DNA from: Acidimicrobiia bacterium
GTDB taxonomy: Bacteria; Actinomycetota; Acidimicrobiia; IMCC26256; JADLDD01
Direction of reading: 5' to 3'
NCBI GenBank assembly: GCA_020846855.1
Contig: JADLDD010000047.1
Location: 10,909-74,908 of the forward strand
Length of the DNA stretch: 64,000 nucleotides
This document shows, piece after piece, positions 47,727 through 55,121 of the stretch. Position numbers and translations under genes: made by a program. Below the pieces are notes generated by a model that worked only from the letters and a program-made list of their open reading frames with translations, ran no database searches and was not told the DNA's origin. How positions within the stretch are numbered: position 1 is the stretch's first letter; each line of letters begins with the position of its first letter.

Positions 47727-47763
47727 GCGGTCCGAGCCGTGCCCCCTGCGGCGCCGGCCTGTC

Positions 47764-49023
47764 CTAGCCGGCCGGTGGTGTCACGGGCGCCACGGGCGCG
47801 ACGGGTGTCGCGGCCCCGGCGTCCGCCTTCTTCGCCCGGGCGGCCTCGATGAGCATCCGGGCCGTGCACCCGGCCATCTCGACCGGGGGCATCAGCTCCT
47901 CGGCCAACCGGCGGGCGAGCTCGGCGAACGCCCGGCCCGTCGGACCGTCGGGGTGGGTCATCGCGACGGGCCGGCCCGCGTCGCCACCCTCGGAGACCTC
48001 GGGTTCGATCGGGATCGACGCCACCAGCGGAGCCCCGATCTCGCCGGCCAGCGCGGCTCCACCGCCACTCCCGAAGATGGGCACCTCGCTCCCGTCGGGC
48101 GCGACGTAGGCCGACATGTTCTCGACGACCCCGACTACCTTCATGAAGGAGCGGCGGGCCATGTCGGCCACGCGGGCGGCGACCTTCTGGGCCGCCCGGG
48201 CGGGTGTGGTGACCACGAGGAGCTCGGCCTGCGGCAGCAGCCGCGCCAGGCCCATCTGCACGTCGCCGGTCCCCGGCGGCATGTCGATCAGCAGGTAGTC
48301 CATCGGCCCCCACCGGACGTCGGTGAGGAACTGCTCGAGGGCGCGGGTGAGGATCAACCCCCGCCACATCAGGGCGGTCTCCTCGTCGTCGACGAGGAAG
48401 CCCATCGAGACGACCTTCACCTGGTGTCCGTCGACGTCGACGACGTTGGGGTGGATCTTGCCGTCGGCGCCGCCCAGGCGACCCTCCACGCCGAGCATCC
48501 GCGGGATGCTGAAGCCCCAGATGTCGGCGTCGAGGACCCCGACCGTGAAGCCCCGGGCGGCGAGGGCCACCGCGAGGTTGACGGTGACCGACGACTTGCC
48601 GACCCCGCCCTTGCCGCTGGCCACGGCCAGGGTGCGGGTGGTGGGCGGCACCTCCGTGGCCGCCGCGTTCTCGCGGGCGTTGAACCGGGCCCGGGCCATG
48701 GCGGCGCTCTTCTGCTCGGCCGTCATCTCGCCGTAGGCGACCTCCACGTTCGCCACGCCCGGCAGGCCCCGGACCTTCGACTCCACGTCCTTCTTGATCT
48801 GGGCCCGCAGCGGGCAGCCGGCCGTGGTCAGGGCCACGGTGATCCGGACGCCGCCGGCCTCGTCGACGACGACGTCGTCGACCATGCCGAGCTCGACCAC
48901 GCTGGCGTGGAGCTCGGGATCGATGACGCCCTCGAGCATGCGACGGACGTCGTCGGGGGTCGGGAGCCGCGCCGCGTGGCGCGCGGTGCCCTTCCCGGTG
49001 TTGACCTGCTGCGTAGTGGTCAC
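47764..49023 (-). CDS. mrp: Mrp/ApbC/NBP35-family Fe-S cluster carrier ATPase with N-terminal DUF59/MIP18 domain
   Basis: Lower part of ORF 47764-49179. GTG 49023 is preceded by GAGGGTGGAG. VIDPELHASVVELGMV, VASGKGGVGKSSVTVNLA, LLIDMPPGTGD, and ENMS. Confidence 0.9.
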   Translation of the reverse strand: MTTTQQVNTGKGTARHAARLPTPDDVRRMLEGVIDPELHASVVELGMVDDVVVDEAGGVRITVALTTAGCPLRAQIKKDVESKVRGLPGVANVEVAYGEMTAEQKSAAMARARFNARENAAATEVPPTTRTLAVASGKGGVGKSSVTVNLAVALAARGFTVGVLDADIWGFSIPRMLGVEGRLGGADGKIHPNVVDVDGHQVKVVSMGFLVDDEETALMWRGLILTRALEQFLTDVRWGPMDYLLIDMPPGTGDVQMGLARLLPQAELLVVTTPARAAQKVAARVADMARRSFMKVVGVVENMSAYVAPDGSEVPIFGSGGGAALAGEIGAPLVASIPIEPEVSEGGDAGRPVAMTHPDGPTGRAFAELARRLAEELMPPVEMAGCTARMLIEAARAKKADAGAATPVAPVAPVTPPAG

Positions 49024-49043
49024 GGCTCCACCCTCGGTCGATG

Positions 49044-49137
49044 CCGGCCGGACGGCCCGCGGTAACCCAATTAAACCGATGCGCGCCTTGAAAATATGCC
49101 CAAACGGCGCTACCGTCAATCGACCGGCCGGACGGCC
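49044..49137. repeat. 14-nt perfect direct repeat CCGGCCGGACGGCC, two copies 80 bp apart, bracketing the divergent promoter core
   Basis: Copies at 49044-49057 (about 21 nt before the mrp GTG) and 49124-49137 (about 23 nt before the regulator TTG). The second copy extends to the palindrome CCGGCC-GGAC-GGCCGG. Confidence 0.8.
49088..49119. promoter_or_regulatory. Fully overlapping divergent promoters: plus TTGAAA-N17-TACCGT (regulator), minus TTGACG-N17-TATTTT (mrp)
   Basis: Plus strand: -35 at 49088-49093, -10 at 49111-49116. Minus strand: -35 at 49119-49114, -10 at 49096-49091. Each -35 lies on the other promoter's -10 region. This is the most AT-rich stretch I noticed in the window. Confidence 0.5.
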
Positions 49138-49159
49138 GGCCACGGACGGGGGAAGCCAG

Positions 49160-49834
49160 TTGGACCTCGAGACCCTCAAGGCGCTGGGGGACGAGACCCG
49201 CTACGCCATCTACAGCGAGCTCGCCGAGTCCACCGGTCCCCTGCCCGCGCAGGAGCTCGCCGAGCGGCTCGGCCTGCATGCCAACACCGTCCGCCTCCAC
49301 CTCGAGCGCCTCCGCGAGGTAGGGATCGTCGAGGTCGAGGCGATGCACCACGGCCGGGTCGGCCGGCCCCAGCACCGCTACTCGCTGGCGCCCGGGGCAC
49401 CGGGCCTGGGGTTCGACCCGCCCGCCCACGCGCTGCTCGCCGGCCTCCTCGCGGCTCTGGCCGAGAACGCGGGTGCCGGTCCCGACGCCGCCCGGGCCGT
49501 CGGGAGGGAATGGGGGCGCCAGGGGGCGAAGCGGTCGCGGCCCCGCCGGCGCGACCGCGGCGCCGGGGCCCTCGACGAGCTCGTCGAGCAGTCCGACCGC
49601 CTCGGCTTCGAGCCGGCCGCCGACGAACCGGCCGTGAGCGAGCCGGTACGGGTCGACTTCCTCCACTGCCCGTTCCGCGAGCTCGCCGAGGCCTACCCCG
49701 ACCTCGTGTGCAGCCTCCACCGTGGCCTCTGCGAGGGGATCCTCGAAGGTTCCGGCGGCGCGACGGTGGAGGCGTTCTCCTCCCTGTACGACCCCGAGCC
49801 CTGCCATGTAGTGGTGGGCGGACCGGTATCCTGA
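49160..49834 (+). CDS. ArsR-type winged-HTH regulator with Cys-rich C-terminal domain (SufR-like; possible Fe-S/redox sensor)
   Basis: Part of ORF 48794-49834. TTG 49160 is preceded by GGGGGAAG. LKALGDETRYAIYSELA...PAQELAERLGLHANTVRLHLERLREVGIV. C-terminal Cys residues: FLHCPF...LVCSLHRGLCEG...EPCH. Confidence 0.7.
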   Translation: MDLETLKALGDETRYAIYSELAESTGPLPAQELAERLGLHANTVRLHLERLREVGIVEVEAMHHGRVGRPQHRYSLAPGAPGLGFDPPAHALLAGLLAALAENAGAGPDAARAVGREWGRQGAKRSRPRRRDRGAGALDELVEQSDRLGFEPAADEPAVSEPVRVDFLHCPFRELAEAYPDLVCSLHRGLCEGILEGSGGATVEAFSSLYDPEPCHVVVGGPVS

Positions 49835-49866
49835 CGCCTGAGCCACGCGCCGGAGGTTGCGAACCC

Positions 49867-50214
49867 ATGACCACCACCGACCAGATGCCCGAGCCCTTCA
49901 CGATCACGGAGGCCGCCTCGGCGAAGGTGAAGAGCCTTCTCGCCGCCGAGGACGACGACGCCCTGGCGCTGCGGGTCGCGGTCCGGCCGGGCGGCTGCTC
50001 CGGCTACAGCTACGAGATGTACTTCGACTCCGACGTCACCGACGAGGACCTTCGCTTCGACCGCGACGGCGTCACCGCGGTGATCGACCGGCAGAGCTTC
50101 CAGCACCTCGGCGGGGCCGTCCTCGACTACAAGGACGGCCTCCAGGACGCCGGGTTCTCGATCACCAACCCCAACGCGGGCCACAGCTGCGGTTGTGGCA
50201 AGTCGTTCCACTGA
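49867..50214 (+). CDS. iscA: A-type Fe-S cluster carrier (HesB/IscA/ErpA family)
   Basis: ORF 49867-50214. RVAVRPGGCSGYSY...F.I.NPNA...CGCGKSFH, the canonical three-Cys pattern. Confidence 0.92.
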   Translation: MTTTDQMPEPFTITEAASAKVKSLLAAEDDDALALRVAVRPGGCSGYSYEMYFDSDVTDEDLRFDRDGVTAVIDRQSFQHLGGAVLDYKDGLQDAGFSITNPNAGHSCGCGKSFH

Positions 50215-50226
50215 CCGCCTGAGCCC

Positions 50227-51969
50227 CTGACCCTGCGGTTCACCTGCAACGGCCGACCGGTCCGGGTCGAGCCGGCCCCGGGGTCGAGCCTCCTCGCGGT
50301 GCTGCGCGACGGGCTCGGCCTGGTCTCGCTCAAGGACGGCTGCGCGCCGCAGGGCCAGTGCGGCTGCTGCACGGTGCTGGTCGACGGCGTGGCGCGGGTG
50401 GCGTGCGTGACCCCCGCGGAGCGTGTGGCCGGCCGTGAGATCACGACCCTCGAGGGACTCGATCCGGCCGAGCGCGGCGGCTGGTCCGCCGCGTTCCTCG
50501 CCACCGGGGGTTCCCAGTGCGGGTTCTGCACGCCGGGGATCGTGATGAGGGGCGCCGCCCTGGCCCGCAAGGGGCCGTGGACCCCGACCGACGTGGACCG
50601 GGCCCTGGCCGCCCACCTGTGCCGCTGCACCGGCTGGCAGACGATCCACGAGGCCTTCGACCGGATGGGCGGCTCCCCGGGGTCCCGGGGCGACGACGAC
50701 GCCGGGTCGCCCGCGGGCGGGCGCGACCTCCGCGCCGCGGCCCGCCGGGCCGAGATGGAGGGCGGAGCACCTCAGGCGGTCGGCCCGGAGGTGCCTCTCG
50801 GCGAGGGCGGCTTCGCGGCCGACACCGCTCCCGACGGCGCTCTCGTGGCGGTACCGGCGCGCCCCGGGCCCGGTGCCGGCATCGTGGAGGCCGCCGGGTC
50901 GTGGTGGGCGGTCGGGGGATCGGTCGACGAGGCGCGCGCCGAGGCTCGGGCCGCCCCGGGCCGGCGCGGCACGGGTGGGCCGACGGCGCCGTTGCCGCTG
51001 CCGCAACGCCCGGCGGGGGGAGTCAGGCTGGCCACCACGTGGGTGGAACCGGCCTACCTCGAGACCGACGCGTCCTGGTGCCGGCCCGGGGGAGATCCCG
51101 CGTCGCCTCTCGCCAACGGCGGGGCCTTCGGCGCCAAGCAGGCGTCTCCCGCCCCGGCGGCGGCGAGGGAGCTCGCCGACCGCCTCGGTCGCCCGGTGCT
51201 GGCCCTCCTCTCGCGCGAGGACGTCGTGCGGATGGGTCCCAAGCGACCTCCCGTGTCGGCCGCGGCCCGGTTCGACGGGCACCGGCTGGGCATCGAGGGT
51301 TCGTGGATCGCGCCCGGTCCGCCGTGCCCGTTCCCCGGGTTCATCCCGCCGTACCGGATCGAGGTCGAGTCGTCGTGGACTCCGCGGGCCGTGCCGGGGC
51401 CGCCCGTGTCCACGTCGTTGCGGGCGGCGGGCACGGCCGAGCAGGCGGTGCTGATGGAGGGCGCGCTCGACGAGGCCGGGGCCGCACGTGCCGACCTCGT
51501 GTCGGAGGCCGCGGCCGACGTCCTGCTCGACACCTGCGTGCAGGTCGCCTCGGGGGCCCGGGCCGGCGCCCGCGTGGCGATCGACCCGCGCCGCGGCGCG
51601 GTCGGGTCCGTGGCGGTCAGGGTCGCGGCAGGCGACCCGCTGGACCACGTGGTCCTGCGCTCGTACGCGATCGGCGCGGTGCACATGGCCCTGGGATGGG
51701 TGTTCACCGAGGCCCTAACCGTCGACCCCGACGACGGCACGGTCCACGACCTGACGGTCCGGAGCCTCGGGGTGGTCCGGGCCCGGTCGATGCCGCCGGT
51801 CGAGGTGACGATCGTCGACGACCCCGGCCCGCCGCGGGCGTCCTCGTCGGACGCGGTGTTCGCGGCGGTGGCGGCGGCGGCCTGGAACGCCGTGGCCAGG
51901 GCGGAGGGTGCCCGGCCGGAGGTCTTCCCGGCCGTCGGCACCCGGGCGTCGCGGGCGCTCGGCCGTTGA
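50227..51969 (+). CDS. (2Fe-2S)-binding domain fused to a shortened xanthine-dehydrogenase/aldehyde-oxidase-family molybdopterin-subunit-like region; start codon unresolved
   Basis: ORF track starts at GTG 50299, but the homologous N-terminal strand (LTLRFTCNGRPVRVEPAPGSSLLAVLRDGLGL) is encoded from 50227 with only CTG codons available. CAPQGQCGCCTV and GSQCGFCTPG...HLCRCTGW are CoxS-type cluster motifs. Downstream, YLETDASW...GGAFGAK...GRPV...SREDV echoes Mo-subunit motifs in about 400 aa instead of about 750. Confidence 0.65.
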   Translation: MTLRFTCNGRPVRVEPAPGSSLLAVLRDGLGLVSLKDGCAPQGQCGCCTVLVDGVARVACVTPAERVAGREITTLEGLDPAERGGWSAAFLATGGSQCGFCTPGIVMRGAALARKGPWTPTDVDRALAAHLCRCTGWQTIHEAFDRMGGSPGSRGDDDAGSPAGGRDLRAAARRAEMEGGAPQAVGPEVPLGEGGFAADTAPDGALVAVPARPGPGAGIVEAAGSWWAVGGSVDEARAEARAAPGRRGTGGPTAPLPLPQRPAGGVRLATTWVEPAYLETDASWCRPGGDPASPLANGGAFGAKQASPAPAAARELADRLGRPVLALLSREDVVRMGPKRPPVSAAARFDGHRLGIEGSWIAPGPPCPFPGFIPPYRIEVESSWTPRAVPGPPVSTSLRAAGTAEQAVLMEGALDEAGAARADLVSEAAADVLLDTCVQVASGARAGARVAIDPRRGAVGSVAVRVAAGDPLDHVVLRSYAIGAVHMALGWVFTEALTVDPDDGTVHDLTVRSLGVVRARSMPPVEVTIVDDPGPPRASSSDAVFAAVAAAAWNAVARAEGARPEVFPAVGTRASRALGR

Positions 51970-51975
51970 GTCCCG

Positions 51976-52013
51976 TTCACACGCCGTTCACACGGCTGGA
52001 ACGGCGCGGCAAA
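51976..52013 (+). promoter_or_regulatory. Four pentamers phased at 11 bp (TTCAC, TTCAC, GGAAC, GCAAA): GlnR-box-like array upstream of glnII
   Basis: Pentamers start at 51976, 51987, 51998 and 52009, each separated by 6 nt. Compare the actinobacterial GlnR box gTnAc-n6-GaAAc-n6-GtnAC-n6-GAAAc. Lies about 160 nt upstream of the glnII GTG. Confidence 0.35.
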
Positions 52014-52174
52014 CACGGGGTGCGAACCTGACCGCGGGCCGCAAGAGCCCGGGACGGCCTCGGGCCGCGGTGGACCGAGGGGGCGGTGGACCGACGACCG
52101 TGGACGGACGACAGGCAGAGAGACGGCAGACGGAAGCGGGCGCCCCCGGTGGCGTCCCGGCAGCGGAGGTCAGA

Positions 52175-53179
52175 GTGAGCATCAAGGTTGAGTACATCTG
52201 GATCGACGGCACGGAGCCCACGGCCCGCCTCCGGTCCAAGACCAAGGTCCTGCCGGCGGGTGGCGACGCCGAGCTCCCCATCTGGGGGTTCGACGGATCG
52301 AGCACCGGCCAGGCGCCGGGCCGGGCGTCCGACTGCGTGCTCCGGCCCGTCTTCACCGCGCCGGACCCCATCCGGGGCGGCCCGCACCTGCTCGCGCTGT
52401 GCGAGGTCCTCGACACCGACCTCACCCCGCACCGCACCAACACCCGGGCGGCGTGCCTGGAGGTCGCGGAGCGCTTCTCCGACCACGAGCCGCTCTTCGG
52501 CATCGAGCAGGAGTACACGTTCTTCAAGGACAGCCGCCCGCTCGGGTTCCCGGCCGGGGGCTTTCCGGCTCCCCAGGGCTTCTACTACTGCGGTGTGGGG
52601 GCCGACGAGGTGTTCGGGCGTGACGTGGTCGAGGCCCACCTCGACGCCTGCCTGACCGCCGGCCTGCAGATCTCGGGGATCAACGCCGAGGTCATGCCGG
52701 GGCAGTGGGAGTTCCAGGTCGGGCCGCTCGGGCCGATCGAGGTCTCCGACCAGCTCTGGCTGGCCCGGTGGCTCCTCTACCGCGTGGCCGAGGACTTCGG
52801 CATCTCCGCCACCCTGGCGCCCAAGCCGGTCAAGGGCGACTGGAACGGTGCCGGCGCGCACACCAACTTCTCGACCCGGCAGATGCGCTCCGACTACTCC
52901 GCCATCGTCGACGCCTGCGAGGCGCTGGGGGCGAAGGCCGCCGAGCACATCGCCCACTACGGCGCGGGGATCGAGGAGCGCCTCACCGGGTCGCACGAGA
53001 CGGCCGCGTTCACGACCTTCAGCTACGGGGTCTCCGACCGGGGCGCCTCGGTGCGTATCCCGTGGCAGGTCGAGGCGGCGAAGAAGGGCTACATCGAGGA
53101 CCGCCGGCCCAACGCCAACATGGACCCCTACCAGGTGACGCGCCTGGTCACCGACACCGTCTGCTCCGCTCTGGGCTGA
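52175..53179 (+). CDS. glnII: Glutamine synthetase type II (eukaryote-like GSII)
   Basis: Part of ORF 51908-53179. GTG 52175 is preceded by GGAGG. VEYIWIDG, PIWGFDGSSTGQA, FGIEQEYTFF, INAEVMPGQWEFQVGP, PKP..GDWNGAGAHTNFS, and SVRIP. Confidence 0.92.
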   Translation: MSIKVEYIWIDGTEPTARLRSKTKVLPAGGDAELPIWGFDGSSTGQAPGRASDCVLRPVFTAPDPIRGGPHLLALCEVLDTDLTPHRTNTRAACLEVAERFSDHEPLFGIEQEYTFFKDSRPLGFPAGGFPAPQGFYYCGVGADEVFGRDVVEAHLDACLTAGLQISGINAEVMPGQWEFQVGPLGPIEVSDQLWLARWLLYRVAEDFGISATLAPKPVKGDWNGAGAHTNFSTRQMRSDYSAIVDACEALGAKAAEHIAHYGAGIEERLTGSHETAAFTTFSYGVSDRGASVRIPWQVEAAKKGYIEDRRPNANMDPYQVTRLVTDTVCSALG

Positions 53180-53204
53180 AGCGGGGTCGGGTTCCCGTCG
53201 AACC

Positions 53205-53228
53205 GGCCGGCGGCTTCGGCCGCCGGCC
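53205..53228 (+). terminator. 10-bp GC stem with TTCG tetraloop (GGCCGGCGGC-TTCG-GCCGCCGGCC) after glnII
   Basis: Read directly. Lies 26 nt after the glnII stop, between convergent genes. No clear U-tract. Confidence 0.45.
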
Positions 53229-53255
53229 CGTTCGCGTCCCGGCGGCGGATCCGGT

Positions 53256-55115
53256 TCAGCAGGTGAGGTCGGGAGGGCCCGTGAACACCGCGACCGGGAA
53301 CCCCAGGTCGGCGTCGGCCTTGAGGGTGAGGAACACCCGGGCCAGGAGGTCCGCCCGGTCGGGCGTCGCCAGCCGCGGATCCCTCATGACCGTCCGGGGC
53401 TTCACCCTGACCAGGGGGACGAGGTCGGTCAGGCCCGCGCCGGCCAGCTCGGCCTGCACCCTCCGGTAGAGGCGGTCGCTCTTCGCGCGCTGGGCCGGGG
53501 TCCGGGGGTCGTAGGCCGCGAGCTCGGTGGCCCCGGGGCAGCTCCTCCACCGCGACACGGCCGGGCCGACCGAGAGGTTGACGACCGCGGTGGCCTCCGC
53601 GCGCGACCGGGCCCAACGGTTCGAGAGGCTCAGCGCCCTGGGGGCCACGATGCCGACGTCGAGGCCCGAGCGCCGCATCTCGTTCATCAGCCCGATCCCC
53701 AGGTTGAACATCGTGACCGGGTCGTCCCAGTCGACGAGGTAGCGCCCGTCGCGACCCCGGCCGGCGGTGTCCGACCGCTTCAACGCGGCGATCGCGTCCG
53801 GTGCCACCCCGCCGAGCAGCCGGTTGGCCTGCTGGGCGCCGGGGTTCGCGTCCGCGGCCCGGATCGTGGCCGGAACGGTGAGCGCGACGACCGAGACCGC
53901 CGCCGCGATCGGCACGGCGCGGTTCAAGGCCCTTACCGGGCGTGCCGTCCCGCGCCCGGCGACCACGGCGCGGGCCGCGGCGACAGCCGTCCACCCGGTG
54001 GCGACGAGCACGAACGCGCCAAGGGCCCAGGCCCACAACATGAGGTAGTCCCAGAAGGGGCCGTGGATCGTCGAGGCCGAGACCAGCCCGAGGAGAAGGC
54101 TCGTGCCGATCACCGTGTGGAGGTGACGGAGGCGGCGGTCGGGGAGGCGCAGCGATACGGCGGCGGCGGCGGCCCAGGCGAGGACCGAGGCGATCCCGGT
54201 GGGGGCGCGGAGCCGGCCGAACGCCAGGGTGGTGTGCCCGGTCACCAGGCGGACGGGGTCGAGGTGGGCCGCCATCAGCTCCAGGCCCGTCCGGAGGCCG
54301 AGCGCGGGCTCGGTAGAGCGGCTGAACTCGTCGAAGAGGAGGGACAGGTTGGGGCGGGCGCCGAAGATCTGCTGGGCGACCGGTGGCAGCCACAGCACGC
54401 AGCCGAGCGCGACCGATCCGCCGGCCCACAGGGCGAGGCGGCGTAGCTCGTCGCGGTCGGAGCGCCGGCGTACGGCCCGCACGATCAGGACGGCGGCGGC
54501 GAGCAGGCCGAGACCACCCACGAGGCCCACGTACGAGATGTGGGTCTGGGCGCACAGGGACGCGGCGAAGACGGCGAGGGGCAGGACGACGAGGTCGTCC
54601 TCGAGGACCGACCACACCCCGAGAAGCACTACGGGCCACCAGAAGACGGGCTGGTACGGGTTCCACGGCGTCACCGGGATCACGGGGCCGTAGGCCACCA
54701 TGAGCGCGGCGAGGGCGGCCGCGACCCCGAGGACCAGCGCCGCCCCACCTCGCCTCGAGGCGATCCAGCACGTGCCGGCGACGGCCAGCGCGCTGAGGAA
54801 CCCGCCCGACAGGTGCAGCGCCCACGATCCGCCCCCGGCGAGGGTGTAGACGGGCCAGAGGGAGAAGAAGCCGAGCGGGCCCGGGTGATGACCGGGGTTC
54901 CCCGGGGTCCCGAACCGGCCCAGGAGCCCGACCAGGGGAGGCCGGGAGCCGGCGACGTCGTGGACGTTCATCTCGATCATCGCCATGTCGCCGTTCGGGA
55001 ACCAGCGCGGCTCGTGGACCGCGACCAGGGTGACGACGAGCGGGATCGCCAGGCCTGCCACCACGAGAGCCAGGACGGCGGGGTGGCACCGGGACCGCGG
55101 TGAGGTGGACGCCAT
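53256..55115 (-). CDS. Polytopic membrane protein, paralog 1 of 4 (about 12 TM helices plus a conserved C-terminal soluble domain; GT-C-like layout, family not recognised)
   Basis: ORF 53256-55115. Motifs shared with the other paralogs: RWFPNGDMAMIEMNVHDV, NPGHHPGPLGFFSLWP, WNPYQPVFWWP, CAQTHISYVGLVGG, WLPPVAQQ, and C-terminal NLSVGP...DPRTPAQRA...PVAVFTGPP. Starts 6 nt after the paralog 2 stop. Confidence 0.8.
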   Translation of the reverse strand: MASTSPRSRCHPAVLALVVAGLAIPLVVTLVAVHEPRWFPNGDMAMIEMNVHDVAGSRPPLVGLLGRFGTPGNPGHHPGPLGFFSLWPVYTLAGGGSWALHLSGGFLSALAVAGTCWIASRRGGAALVLGVAAALAALMVAYGPVIPVTPWNPYQPVFWWPVVLLGVWSVLEDDLVVLPLAVFAASLCAQTHISYVGLVGGLGLLAAAVLIVRAVRRRSDRDELRRLALWAGGSVALGCVLWLPPVAQQIFGARPNLSLLFDEFSRSTEPALGLRTGLELMAAHLDPVRLVTGHTTLAFGRLRAPTGIASVLAWAAAAAVSLRLPDRRLRHLHTVIGTSLLLGLVSASTIHGPFWDYLMLWAWALGAFVLVATGWTAVAAARAVVAGRGTARPVRALNRAVPIAAAVSVVALTVPATIRAADANPGAQQANRLLGGVAPDAIAALKRSDTAGRGRDGRYLVDWDDPVTMFNLGIGLMNEMRRSGLDVGIVAPRALSLSNRWARSRAEATAVVNLSVGPAVSRWRSCPGATELAAYDPRTPAQRAKSDRLYRRVQAELAGAGLTDLVPLVRVKPRTVMRDPRLATPDRADLLARVFLTLKADADLGFPVAVFTGPPDLTC

Positions 55116-55121
55116 GGATCC

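Noticed and set aside
50251-50277. Hairpin with a GGUCCG loop downstream of the iscA TGA, as a possible SECIS for Sec read-through.
   Set aside because: The loop starts about 44 nt after the UGA, beyond the roughly 16-37 nt window I recall for bacterial SECIS elements. iscA ends at its canonical CGCGxSF(H) C-terminus, so the TGA looks like a genuine stop. I kept only the start-codon anomaly as a finding.
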